64,000 bases of DNA from Fibrobacteria bacterium (GCA_043732185.1 JAYTHY010000006.1:1-64000); one strand, 5' to 3'. Positions 37,731-47,624 are shown, numbered from the stretch's first letter. A program made the numbers and translations. The notes: a model not told the origin generated them from the letters alone.

Positions 37731-39503
37731 TTACAGGCTCTTTTTGGCTCGAATACTGAAGACGGGTCCACTTAAATACTTTTCTCCGATGGGCCAGCTT
37801 AAATTGATATGGTTGACGACTTTCTGCGTGGATTTGCTGGCGCCAAGGCGCAATCCAAACCCCAGGGAATAATGCAGCTTATCGGGATCAAATTTCGAAT
37901 AATTTGGAAAAGTATTGCCGGCATTAGCGAACAATGCAAATGCGGGAACCACGGTACCGACTTCCAGACTTGGAAAAAATCTTTGCTCTGCTTCTAAAAG
38001 CAACCGTGCCTGACCGGCATAATAAAGATTGGGATAGCCGTTCAAGCCGTTGTCCTCACCTAGCAAAATTTGCTGCGCCTGCTCGGACGCAAAATAATTG
38101 GACCACCCCATCGAAAGGAAGGTAGAAGTCAGCATGATAGGCTTCCACTGTAACTCACTGGCGGCGGCGGCATAACCATCATCAAACTTTCCCGCTGGTG
38201 AAATAAAATACCTTAGGGACCCGCTGGTGTGAAAATAAACCGCATCCCAAAAAGCATTGTTGTAAACTGCGGAATGACTGAGATAAAAATCATTATTGTC
38301 TGCGCCCATCCACTGTTGGTTCAACGCCACCTTACTGGAAATTCTCCAACCCGTTTCCAAAGTTTCGCTCCATTTCAAATTATTGAAATTTTGCACGGTT
38401 TTATAATTGTACTGGTACACACTGAAGCTCAATCCTAGGAGATCATCTAATCGCGTATCCGGTACCAGAGCCGTAGGGGCCAGTGGCAATTCTAGCAGAA
38501 TCTTGCCCGGGCTCCCGCCATAGGTATAAGTGTGGCCATCATTATAGCGATCGTGTCGGTCGAAGGTAGGACTTACATTGAATTTGGTCTTATACCCATA
38601 AGAACGTGTGAGGCTTAAATTGAAATCGTGCGTGGCTACCCGATCAAACCGACGCAAGGAAAAGGCTTGCCCTCCTATCGAATCCGCCAGACTGGATCGG
38701 ATTCGACTCAGCTGATTGGCGTCAAAGTACACATACTCGGAAAATTCTACCGCGGAAATGGATGCGGTAAAGGAATAGCGGTCGGTGCGTGTTTCCAGCG
38801 GTTTGGATAAGGATACCAAGGTGGAATAACCATCCGATAACCAAGCTGTATGGGCGGTTAAATGTAGCCTTTGTGCCAATAGTGCATTGTTGTTGTAATC
38901 GAGCCAGCGGGTGTCGCGAAATTGATCGTGCCCGACAAAAAAACCTATTCTTTGGCCGGTGCCAAGTAGGTTGCTTTCTACGGGACCGAACCAGTAGATC
39001 CACTCCCCTCCAAGCCTTTGCAGGCTTACACCCGGCACCGTGGTCCATTGATCATACGTAGTTACAATAACATGTACCGTTCCATCTTTCCAAGCCATCA
39101 CTTCTATGATTGCATCGGCCAGAAATTCCTCAGCCCGAAGGATTTTTTCCGTTTCTAACAAAACGCCTTTGGTGATCACCTCACCTTCTTTGAACAGCAG
39201 TCTCCGACGGATGGTACCTGGACGGGATTCGATATGCAATTTGTTGCCCATATCGAAAAAATATTGCTCCGCATCGCTGTGGACAGTCGTGCCTTCAAAG
39301 GCATCATTGATTTCAAGTTGAATGGAGCGGACTTTGCCGGTAAAGTTTTCCGGTAGATCCTTGGCGCGGGTAAATCCTTCCGTAGGTTTAAAGAAGCGGT
39401 CTGCCTGCGCTTCAACGACAAAGGGGAAAGCCACGGCCGCTACAAACAAAAAAACCGCGATCCGATTGGATATTTTTTGAAATGAAAATTGCATGCGCTT
39501 CAA
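37731..39503 (-). CDS. Omp85/BamA-TamA family outer-membrane protein with POTRA
   Basis: IRRRLLFKEG..ETEKILR POTRA, ESNLLGTGQ, LNGY (L6 motif variant) and SLGFGLRL. Confidence 0.8.
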   Translation of the reverse strand: MKRMQFSFQKISNRIAVFLFVAAVAFPFVVEAQADRFFKPTEGFTRAKDLPENFTGKVRSIQLEINDAFEGTTVHSDAEQYFFDMGNKLHIESRPGTIRRRLLFKEGEVITKGVLLETEKILRAEEFLADAIIEVMAWKDGTVHVIVTTYDQWTTVPGVSLQRLGGEWIYWFGPVESNLLGTGQRIGFFVGHDQFRDTRWLDYNNNALLAQRLHLTAHTAWLSDGYSTLVSLSKPLETRTDRYSFTASISAVEFSEYVYFDANQLSRIRSSLADSIGGQAFSLRRFDRVATHDFNLSLTRSYGYKTKFNVSPTFDRHDRYNDGHTYTYGGSPGKILLELPLAPTALVPDTRLDDLLGLSFSVYQYNYKTVQNFNNLKWSETLETGWRISSKVALNQQWMGADNNDFYLSHSAVYNNAFWDAVYFHTSGSLRYFISPAGKFDDGYAAAASELQWKPIMLTSTFLSMGWSNYFASEQAQQILLGEDNGLNGYPNLYYAGQARLLLEAEQRFFPSLEVGTVVPAFALFANAGNTFPNYSKFDPDKLHYSLGFGLRLGASKSTQKVVNHINLSWPIGEKYLSGPVFSIRAKKSL

Positions 39504-39524
39504 AATATAACCTTACTCATAAAA

Positions 39525-40003
39525 GGGAAGCGGATCTATAAGCCGGGTTCTGTCTCAGACTCTCGGGCAAGCCCGATCGTATGGGATGATTATCCATCTG
39601 GGACAACGGTTACCCGTTGCCTCAAGCAACCTACCCGATGACCGTCCGGAGCGGAACACTCCGGGAACGCTTGGACTTACGTCCAAGAATTCTGGCCACC
39701 CTATTTGGTCTTGCACCGGATGGGGTTTACCCTGCCATCCCTGTCACCAGGAACGCGGTGAGCTCTTACCTCGCCTTTTCACCCTTACCGGGGAAGGGCC
39801 TTGCGGCCATTCCTTGGAGTTCCGCTTGCGCGGAACTCCACAGCCAGGTTTCCCTGATTGCGGCGGTATATTCTCTGTGGCACTTTCCATCCCGTTACCG
39901 GGTCTGGCCGTTAGCCAGCATCCTATCCTGTGGTGCCCGGACTTTCCTCCAAGAGATTCAGGCCAAAGCCTGAATCTCCCAGCAACCATCCGACCCGCTT
40001 CCC
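39525..40003 (-). ncRNA. rnpB: RNase P RNA (bacterial type A)
   Basis: GAGGAAAGTCCGGGC, AGTGCCACAGA, GGTAAGAGC, GGTAAACCC and ACAGAACCCGGCTTA motifs; P1 pairs gggaagcgggtc with gatccgcttccc. Confidence 0.96.
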
Positions 40004-40035
40004 AAAAGCGTCCGTCCAAGATAACAAATACCGAG

Positions 40036-40602
40036 TTACAGGGTCTTGGATTTTGAAGCTTGATACCGATTCCACAGCTTTTGATAGCCTTTATCGGCGC
40101 GGATCGCTTTATCCAACTCCACGCGCCTTTTTTGTTCGCCGTCCAGACATTGCTTACCGCGCGAAGTGGCTGTAAATCGGTCATCGCAGGCCTTTTCCAA
40201 TAGGAACTTTTTCTGCAATAGAGCTTGAATGGCCGGATCATTAGGGTTGGCGCTGTTCCGTTTCGCCTCATTCAATCGCTCGTCCACCTCGGCTGTAGCC
40301 GGTTCGGCCTTTCGGCATTGTTTTAGAAATTCGGTTTTTTCCCGATCACACGCGCGAATTTCCTTTTTGTCCGTTGCGCTCAAAATACGAGTGCTGATGG
40401 CCCGCCGAGCCGAATCGACGCTCGCCATTTCTGCCATTGAGGCTGGTTCCATCACATCGGAGCTACCTGCAACCTCGGTAGTTGCTGTTGTCTGAGATTC
40501 ATTCAATGCGGAAAGTGAATGTTGCATTGGCGGATTCGCCGAGATGAGGCTTGCTTTGAAAAAAACGAGTACAGCCAAACACAAATTGGATCCAGTCTGC
40601 AT
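40036..40602 (-). CDS. Hypothetical secreted helical protein
   Basis: Signal peptide-like N-terminus, four Cys in a charged helical domain, GGATAGG RBS-like sequence. Confidence 0.6.
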   Translation of the reverse strand: MQTGSNLCLAVLVFFKASLISANPPMQHSLSALNESQTTATTEVAGSSDVMEPASMAEMASVDSARRAISTRILSATDKKEIRACDREKTEFLKQCRKAEPATAEVDERLNEAKRNSANPNDPAIQALLQKKFLLEKACDDRFTATSRGKQCLDGEQKRRVELDKAIRADKGYQKLWNRYQASKSKTL

Positions 40603-40618
40603 ACCTATCCGCCCTTCA

Positions 40619-41305
40619 TTATAATTTTGGAAATTTTAAGCGTGCCAGGAAAAGGCAGCCTATAGATGCAAATATCAGAAACATCAAACACGCCGCAAAA
40701 AAGATCCAGGAACCGAAAATAAAACTGGAACCGGCCATTACCGCAAAGAAAACCCCCAGCATAGCAAGACTTGTGATCTGTGTCGCGCCTCTTACAGAAT
40801 CCGACACCAAGGACATCCACGTCGCAAAGGCGCACAAGAAGAATCCCACTACAGGGGTGAGCAGCAATGCTTTAATCGTTGACGGGATAAAATCAGATGA
40901 GAGAAGGCCACGGCTGGAAAGGATCGTTAACATGGTGCATTGACCCAGCCAGCCCATGAGTACCGGAAGCGGATAGACCCCAAGCACCTTTCCCCAAAAC
41001 AATGAGCCGAGATCGACCGGTAAACAAAGCAAAATTTCCAGCGTATTGCGTTCCTTCTCACCGGCAAAACTATCCGCGCCTAGTGGCACACTTGCACTAG
41101 GCGCCAGTACCGCCAGCATCAACAATAGCGCGCGAGCCAAAAGTAAAGTTTCTTCATTCGATCCGAACGGACGAAAATAAACCGCAAAGCTTTGAACCCC
41201 TATGAGCAGCAGGGGCGTCAACAAGAAGGGAATGAGAAAACGCGGCTCCTTGAGGATAAGCCGCCATTCGTGCTGGGCGATACGTCGGACATGGGAAAAT
41301 TTCAT
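40619..41305 (-). CDS. ABC-2 type permease
   Basis: DSFAGEKERNTLEILLCLPV..GK motif; TAATG coupling to the ATPase gene. Confidence 0.88.
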   Translation of the reverse strand: MKFSHVRRIAQHEWRLILKEPRFLIPFLLTPLLLIGVQSFAVYFRPFGSNEETLLLARALLLMLAVLAPSASVPLGADSFAGEKERNTLEILLCLPVDLGSLFWGKVLGVYPLPVLMGWLGQCTMLTILSSRGLLSSDFIPSTIKALLLTPVVGFFLCAFATWMSLVSDSVRGATQITSLAMLGVFFAVMAGSSFIFGSWIFFAACLMFLIFASIGCLFLARLKFPKL

Positions 41306-42315
41306 TACACAACCCACCGTGCATAGGCATCGGCCAAAGTGGGTCTTAGGGGTTCCACCCGGGTAATTGGTACATTCCGATATACTAAAAACTGGATGAT
41401 AGCCGGTATTTTTTCCAATAAGTTCAAACCACTGACTAAGATCTTGTCGTTCTTTTCAAAATGGATTTCAATTCCAAATTCTTTCGCCAATCCATCCAAT
41501 TCACCCGTTAACGAAGCGCGTGCGAATCCCATTCGAACCTGGGTTTTAACATCGGCCTGACTCAATATCTCTTCCCGGCTTCCCGTGCGATTGAGTTTAC
41601 CCTTGGAAAGAAAACCAAAATGGCTGGCCACGGTTTCCATCTGTTCCAATCGGTGAGTGGCTACTATGGCGGTTGCGCCCGTAGTATCTAGGTAACTGCG
41701 CAGGTATCCTAGCACTTGACGCTGCGAAACCGGATCGAGGTGATCGGTCGGTTCATCCCAAAGCAGGAGATCGGGCTGGTGCAACAGGCTGCGTGCGAGT
41801 TGCAGTTTCTGGCGATTCCCTTGCGAAAGTTTGGCAACCGGTTTATTGTCCAATGAAAGTCCCAGTTCACCACAGAGCCTGGTGATACGAGCGTCTAATC
41901 CTTGGATGGCATAGAAGGCTCCGAAAAATTCCAAGTATTCCCGCGCATTCAGGCGGCCGTACAGGCCCGGATTTTCAATCAGCACACCTAAACGGGACAA
42001 TAGCGCGTTGCGCACTTTAGATTTGGCTTTCAATGAGGCTTCCGTTTTCAATGAGGCTTCCGTTGTGTCGTCCACCGTGCCGGAAGCACCGACCATGGTT
42101 TCCCCAAAAACCGTCAGCGAACCGCGTTCCGGCTGAACCAAACCGGTGATGCAGCGTAGCAAAGTGGTCTTGCCCGCGCCATTTGGACCCAGCAGAACAT
42201 AAAGGGCGCCGGATGGTATTTCCAAATTGATTTCGTCTAAGGCGGGAACACTTGCTAGACCCGATGGAAAGGAAACCTGCACATCCCGGAAGTTGAGAAC
42301 AGAATCGGCAGGCAT
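41305..42315 (-). CDS. ABC transporter ATP-binding protein
   Basis: GPNGAGKTT, LSQG, LLLWDEPT and TH motifs. Start ATG 42315. Confidence 0.9.
   Translation of the reverse strand: MPADSVLNFRDVQVSFPSGLASVPALDEINLEIPSGALYVLLGPNGAGKTTLLRCITGLVQPERGSLTVFGETMVGASGTVDDTTEASLKTEASLKAKSKVRNALLSRLGVLIENPGLYGRLNAREYLEFFGAFYAIQGLDARITRLCGELGLSLDNKPVAKLSQGNRQKLQLARSLLHQPDLLLWDEPTDHLDPVSQRQVLGYLRSYLDTTGATAIVATHRLEQMETVASHFGFLSKGKLNRTGSREEILSQADVKTQVRMGFARASLTGELDGLAKEFGIEIHFEKNDKILVSGLNLLEKIPAIIQFLVYRNVPITRVEPLRPTLADAYARWVV
42028..42063. repeat. Perfect 18-bp tandem duplication inside the ABC ATPase gene
   Basis: tttcaatgaggcttccgt x2, encoding TEASLK-TEASLK. Confidence 0.9.
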
Positions 42316-42331
42316 GGAATCGCCGGATGGC

Positions 42332-43696
42332 CTAGCCGGCCACGAACATGGATTCCACCAACAGATCCGGCACTTTAACCGAAGAGAAAGAATCCGAATA
42401 CTCTCGGGACAGCCCCCGGATGGCCAGGAGCAAGTCAAAAAAATTGGAGTTCAAAGTCAACTTGTCCACAGGTTTGATGCGCTTTCCCTGTTCGTACCAA
42501 AACCCTTGCGCGCCTATCGAGATTTCTCCGGAAATGGCAGAGCAGCCCGAACCACCATCCAGCTTGGTGACTAGCAAGCACTCAGGATAAGCGGAAAGCA
42601 AATCATTTAAATCTTCATCGCCTTTGGCTACTATATAATTTGAAAATCCAGTGCCGGCCTTTCCGGAATAACCACGTGAGCCATTACCCGTGGGCCTGCA
42701 ACCCGCCTTTTTTGCCGACTCCAAATTATAGAGATAGGTTTGGAGGATACCGTCCTTGACGATTTCCAGCGCCGAAGTCACCACGCCTTCGCCATCAAAA
42801 AGATGCGAACCGGGCGCCCCGGGAATATGCGGATTGCAAGTGATATTAAGTTTGGGAACCGCAATGGCCTGACCTACTTTTCCCGCAAGCCTGCTTTGGC
42901 CTTTCTGCACCGCATCGGCAAAGAAAGGAGAGCCGAACATGGACAAAATGGAACCGCTCACCCGATTGGAAAAAACCACCGGATAACGACCACTGGGAAT
43001 GGTTTCCGCACCCAAAAGCTCCACGGCCCGTTCCACGGCCTTGCCTGCCATGAAGGTCGCATTGAAGTCGAAGCTGCGCCCACCATTTGAATAGACGCCC
43101 ATCTTTTTGTTCTCGCCCTCTTTTGCCACCACGCCGATGCCGGCGCTCACTACATTGGACCGCGAAGAAAAAACGACACCTTTGGAATTCCGCACCATTG
43201 ACATTCCGGAAGAACGACTGGCACCAAGATAAGGAATATTATCGATACGCTTGTCAGCATCCCGTGCAAGCGATTCCAGCTCAAGCCCCAGGGCTTTCAT
43301 ACGGTCGAGACCAATATCTTCAAGCGCAGGATTGAATGATTTTAAATCGATGTCCGGTAAAGGTTCCGGATCCGGTAAATCCATATCCACCGCATCAGTA
43401 ATCAACGTATGACTCATGGCGTCCTTGACCGTCTGCCTAATCGCCTCTTTGGACATCTTTTCCGTAAAGGCGAATCCAGGACTTCGATTCTTGAACAGCC
43501 GGATGCCAATCCCTCTGGAGTTGGAGATTTCCGTACTTTTAACCTGACCTTCGAAAAGCTCTAAACCCATGCTTTCCGATTCCCCGACTACGGCATCAAA
43601 TTGCTCAGCCCCTTGCCGAGTCGCTTCGCTGCACATAAAATCAATGGCATCGATGGGTTTCAAGGACTCACCACCATCCATGGTCGGATTAGCCAT
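42332..43696 (-). CDS. pmbA: TldE/PmbA family protein
   Basis: GIGIRLF, FDGEGV, TGNGSR and SGEIS motifs; lacks HExxxH. Start ATG 43696. Confidence 0.88.
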   Translation of the reverse strand: MANPTMDGGESLKPIDAIDFMCSEATRQGAEQFDAVVGESESMGLELFEGQVKSTEISNSRGIGIRLFKNRSPGFAFTEKMSKEAIRQTVKDAMSHTLITDAVDMDLPDPEPLPDIDLKSFNPALEDIGLDRMKALGLELESLARDADKRIDNIPYLGASRSSGMSMVRNSKGVVFSSRSNVVSAGIGVVAKEGENKKMGVYSNGGRSFDFNATFMAGKAVERAVELLGAETIPSGRYPVVFSNRVSGSILSMFGSPFFADAVQKGQSRLAGKVGQAIAVPKLNITCNPHIPGAPGSHLFDGEGVVTSALEIVKDGILQTYLYNLESAKKAGCRPTGNGSRGYSGKAGTGFSNYIVAKGDEDLNDLLSAYPECLLVTKLDGGSGCSAISGEISIGAQGFWYEQGKRIKPVDKLTLNSNFFDLLLAIRGLSREYSDSFSSVKVPDLLVESMFVAG

Positions 43697-45081
43697 CAGC
43701 GTCCGCCTACCAGGATATTGTCCACTTTGAGAGTCGGTTGGCCAACCATGACGGGAATGGAACCGGAAGCGGCCCCGCACATCCCTGCAGCCATTTCCAG
43801 ATCGTCGCCGACCATGGAAATGAGCGGCAGTATTTCCGGTCCCTTGCCGAGCAAAGTTGCTCCACGCACCGGTTCCATGATTTTTCCACCGCGAATCACA
43901 TAGGCTTCTTCCACCGAAAAATTGAATTCCCCGGTGGCCGGATTAACCGAGCCGCCGCCCATTTTTTTGGCGTACAAACCGTTCTCGATTCCGCCTATCA
44001 TGCTCGCAAGCGAAGAGGTCCCTCTATCGATGTAGGTATTGCGCATTCGAGATACTGGCGCGTATTGATAGGATTCCCGGCGCGAACTTCCAGTGATGCC
44101 TACCCCCGTTTCCTGCGCGCCAACCCGGTCGGACATGTAGCTCTGAAGAATACCGTCTTTGATCAGCACGGTTTTCTGCACCGCATTGCCCTCATCATCC
44201 ACGTTCAAGGATCCCCAGGCGTTCTGAATCGTTCCATCGTCGATAGCCGTTACCGCGGAATGGGCGATTTTTTCCCCGACTTTGCCCGCAAAGGGTGTGG
44301 CCTTGCGTCTCACTGCTTCCGTTTCCAGCAAATGCCCGCATGCTTCATGGAAGATCACCCCGCCGAAGCCGTTGCCCATAACCACCGGCATCTTCCCGCC
44401 CTTTACGTAACCGGATGACAGCATCAAGATGGCGCGCTCAGAGGCCTGCTTGGCAAAATGGGCGATGTCCAGGCTTTCAAAAAATTCGAATCCGCGCATG
44501 GTGCCCGGTGACTCGCTAGCCACAAAAATTTCCCCACCGGATTCCGCCGTGACATTGACCGTAAACCGGCAACGCGTGCGCGTGTCCTCCGTCCAAAGCC
44601 CTTCGCTATTGCAGATGAGCACATGCGAAACCACGTCTCCCGCACGTGAACTCACTTGGACGATTTTATCCGAATAACTTCTCGCCACCTGATCGGCGAG
44701 TTTGATGAGGTCCAGTTTTCTTTCTTGTCCGATTTCCCTGGGATCCTTGGTGATTTTATGGCGATTTTCAAATACCTTGCCGACCAGTTTTACCGTAGGC
44801 TCAGAGCTATGGTTGACGGCTATCCCTCGGCTCATAGCCAGATTGTCGATCAGCTTTATAATGTGGTTCTCTTCATCATTGCTGGAATGCGCATACAAGA
44901 CTTCCGTGCCATATACCAGGCGAATACCAAGCCCGTAATCGGTGCCTGCTGTCGCCGATTCCACTTTTCGGTCCCGGAAGGATACCGACGCGTTACGGGT
45001 CTCTTCTTGAAAAATTTCGACGAAGTCGGCTTTCCGATCCAAACCGGCTTGTAGTATCCGTTCCGCCTTAATTTTATCCAT
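43696..45081 (-). CDS. tldD: TldD metalloprotease
   Basis: FHEACGH, DDEG, SRMRNTYI, GGSVNPATGEF and GMCG...GQP motifs. Confidence 0.93.
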   Translation of the reverse strand: MDKIKAERILQAGLDRKADFVEIFQEETRNASVSFRDRKVESATAGTDYGLGIRLVYGTEVLYAHSSNDEENHIIKLIDNLAMSRGIAVNHSSEPTVKLVGKVFENRHKITKDPREIGQERKLDLIKLADQVARSYSDKIVQVSSRAGDVVSHVLICNSEGLWTEDTRTRCRFTVNVTAESGGEIFVASESPGTMRGFEFFESLDIAHFAKQASERAILMLSSGYVKGGKMPVVMGNGFGGVIFHEACGHLLETEAVRRKATPFAGKVGEKIAHSAVTAIDDGTIQNAWGSLNVDDEGNAVQKTVLIKDGILQSYMSDRVGAQETGVGITGSSRRESYQYAPVSRMRNTYIDRGTSSLASMIGGIENGLYAKKMGGGSVNPATGEFNFSVEEAYVIRGGKIMEPVRGATLLGKGPEILPLISMVGDDLEMAAGMCGAASGSIPVMVGQPTLKVDNILVGGR

Positions 45082-45136
45082 TATTTTCCTATGCCGTTTA
45101 GGCTATTTATGCATGCGCTGAAATTGATAACACGAT

Positions 45137-45622
45137 TTACTTGTCGCCGGGAAAGAGTGCGTCGAATTGGTCCGAGATCTGGTTTCCAGTCGTCCCTTCC
45201 GGCGGAAAATCTTCGACTTCATTGTTCTTTATGTCCATCAGCACTTCGTTCAGTTTTGCTTTTGCTTTTCCAGCAATCAGCTTGACTAATCCCAAATTGG
45301 TTCGATCATCGAAAATAAGCACCATGATCACATCTTCATCGACAAGAGAAATGTGGATATTCTCTTTTTCGCCTTGGTGGAACATCATCGAAAACTCAGT
45401 CTCACCGATCAAAGTCGCAATGGCCTTGGTCGAAGCGAAACTGCCGGCAGCTAGAGCCGCCAAAGTTGTTGCGTTTATTTTAGGGCTGAAGCCGACTTGG
45501 GAAATAAGATTCCCGTCTTTATTGATAAGGAGCACATACGAGGATGCCGACTCGGTAATAAGATGCGACAGGATTTTGTTGATCCGATCGATATCCTCTT
45601 TGTACAGGACAAAATCGCCCAC
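45137..45622 (-). CDS. mglB: MglB-like Roadblock/LC7 GTPase-activating protein
   Basis: LINKDGNLI, LAALAAGSFASTKAIATLIGE.EF...FHQGE, FDDRTNLGLV and C-terminal helix ISDQFDALF. Confidence 0.9.
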   Translation of the reverse strand: MGDFVLYKEDIDRINKILSHLITESASSYVLLINKDGNLISQVGFSPKINATTLAALAAGSFASTKAIATLIGETEFSMMFHQGEKENIHISLVDEDVIMVLIFDDRTNLGLVKLIAGKAKAKLNEVLMDIKNNEVEDFPPEGTTGNQISDQFDALFPGDK

Positions 45623-45624
45623 GC

Positions 45625-47268
45625 CTATTTTTCTTTTTTGAAAAGCCCGTCGAAGAATCCTTTTTTCTTCTCATTGGGATGCGGTAGCTTTTTGGTTTTG
45701 AAGGAATCGTTTTTGGCCATGTCCTCATAGGTGGTCACAATACCGCTGCGATCCACCTCACCAGGCACACCGCCACCACCGGAAGGCGTTGGCCCAGCCG
45801 TGGAAGGAGTAGGCGGCGTCGCTATCGGAAGGGGAGGAGGAGTCGGACTTGAAACCCGTTCACCAAAGGGTGTGGTCGGGAACGCGGCTCCAGGTTGTCC
45901 AGGAAATACTGGCATGGAGCTGGGCATAGGGCTTGGAGAGCCGCCAAATGGGTTCCCGGGGTTGGGGCTAGATTGTCCACCAAAATTTCCCTGGCCGAAA
46001 TTCGGCTGGGCGGGTGGCGCCATTCCCGGCGCCGGAGGTCGATTGGGAGCATTGCCAAAGCCAGGCATACCGGGTGGTAAACCTTGGTCTCCTGGTCGCC
46101 CACCCAAATTAAAAGCCGGTGGAGGCTGGCCAAAGCTTTGAATGCCAGGGCTGGTACCAATGGGATCTAAGGGTTTGGGTGTCAAGCTTGGCCCACCCGC
46201 CGACGGTGTGCCTGGAAATGCTGATTTTGGGGTTTGAAAGCCCTGTAGAAAAGGTGAAACTGGAATGCCAGAGGGTGGCGGTGTGAATCCACTTGGCGGT
46301 GGCGTAAAACCTGCAGGCCCATCCGATTTTGGAGGAAAGGCAGGTGGCGTGCCTGGGCTTTTACTGGCAAAAGGATTGTTGGCGGCAAAAGGATTATTAG
46401 CAGCGAAAGGATTCGCGCTCGGCGCGGCAAGCGGGTTGGCTTGTGGCGCACTGGTTGGGGGCCGAAAGCCGGGATCCGGTGGTCGGGATACTGGGTTCTG
46501 TGGCCCTGGAAAGGAAGGCCGAGCGGCGGGTCCACCAAAGCCAGGAAAAGGTTGGGGCGCGCTTATGGGAGGACGCATAGCAGGCGCCGCGGGCGAAGCT
46601 TGTTGTGTGGGCTTGGCAGCCGAGGCGCCTAACGAGGCCGCATCACCTGGACGAGCGGTGCGTCGAGTCCCTTGAAAGCCCGCGTACTTGGCATTGAACT
46701 TATCGATTACGTATTTTCCAATTCCCTTTAAAGTTGTAAAAACACCCACACCTGTTGCAGCAACTGCTTCATAATGAGGCAGTTTTAATTTATTCAGCAA
46801 TTCATTGAGCTGATCCACGGAATACACATTGGGTAAATCGCGTTTGTTGTACTGAAGCACCAAGGGAATGTTTTCGATGGAATGTCCATATTCCCTTAGG
46901 TTCTCTTGCAGGTTGGCAAAACTTTCCAGGTTTTCCTGAAGCTTATCCACTTGTGAGTCCACTACAAAAACCACGCCATCCACCCCGCGTAGCACAAGTT
47001 TTCGGGTGGCATTGTAATAGACCTGGCCTGGCACGGTATACAATTGGAACTTGGTCGAAAAGCCCTTAATGGATCCCAAATCGAGGGGAAGAAAATCGAA
47101 AAATAGAGTCCGGTCCGTTTCCGTGGCCAAGGACACCATTTCACTTTTATCCTTGTCCGGTATTTTTCGATGAATAATCTGTAAATTAGTGGTTTTTCCG
47201 CTCAGCCCAGGACCGTAATAGACGATCTTGCAGCTGATTTCCCGGGTTGCGTAATTAATAGATGCCAC
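45625..47268 (-). CDS. mglA: MglA small GTPase with long Pro-rich C-terminal extension
   Basis: KIVYYGPGLSGKTTN, TETDRTLFFD, TVPGQ and NKRD motifs; about 350 aa tail rich in P/G/F. Confidence 0.93.
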   Translation of the reverse strand: MASINYATREISCKIVYYGPGLSGKTTNLQIIHRKIPDKDKSEMVSLATETDRTLFFDFLPLDLGSIKGFSTKFQLYTVPGQVYYNATRKLVLRGVDGVVFVVDSQVDKLQENLESFANLQENLREYGHSIENIPLVLQYNKRDLPNVYSVDQLNELLNKLKLPHYEAVAATGVGVFTTLKGIGKYVIDKFNAKYAGFQGTRRTARPGDAASLGASAAKPTQQASPAAPAMRPPISAPQPFPGFGGPAARPSFPGPQNPVSRPPDPGFRPPTSAPQANPLAAPSANPFAANNPFAANNPFASKSPGTPPAFPPKSDGPAGFTPPPSGFTPPPSGIPVSPFLQGFQTPKSAFPGTPSAGGPSLTPKPLDPIGTSPGIQSFGQPPPAFNLGGRPGDQGLPPGMPGFGNAPNRPPAPGMAPPAQPNFGQGNFGGQSSPNPGNPFGGSPSPMPSSMPVFPGQPGAAFPTTPFGERVSSPTPPPLPIATPPTPSTAGPTPSGGGGVPGEVDRSGIVTTYEDMAKNDSFKTKKLPHPNEKKKGFFDGLFKKEK

Positions 47269-47282
47269 AGGATTTTCCTCGG

Positions 47283-47624
47283 TTACTTAATTAAGGGGCT
47301 GACTTGAGCGATTTCCACCCGGATCAAGCCGGTATTGGCCTGGCTGTCCGCAAGCACAACCAGATAGCCTAATTCTACAACCTGGACAAAGAACTTGCCA
47401 TCGCTTGCTTCAATCATTGTCTGCATCAGTTGACCCGCCTGTGCATTTGCAACAATTTTATTGGCCACCTGCTGTACCGAAACGATAAGGGCGCTGATGA
47501 ATTCTGAAGGAACCGGAGTCCTGAAGTGGGACACAATCTCAATCCCGTCCGGACTGACGATACTCGAACCTTTGACGCCCTTGATCTGGTTTATTCTCTC
47601 CAATATAGTAAGCATTCCATTCAA
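47283..47624 (-). CDS. Roadblock/LC7 domain protein
   Basis: GVKGSSIVSPDGIEI, IEASDGK and NTGLIRVEI motifs. Confidence 0.85.
   Translation of the reverse strand: MNGMLTILERINQIKGVKGSSIVSPDGIEIVSHFRTPVPSEFISALIVSVQQVANKIVANAQAGQLMQTMIEASDGKFFVQVVELGYLVVLADSQANTGLIRVEIAQVSPLIK

Noticed and set aside
39586..40271. ORFs 39586-40056, 39617-39973 and 39744-40271
   Set aside because: They overlap rnpB and are shadow ORFs of a structured RNA.
46265..46440. Short repeats in mglA as a CRISPR array or DNA-level repeat element
   Set aside because: They are in-frame degenerate codon repeats for NPFAAN and GFTPPPS with no spacers. No CRISPR array, tRNA or rRNA was recognised in the window.
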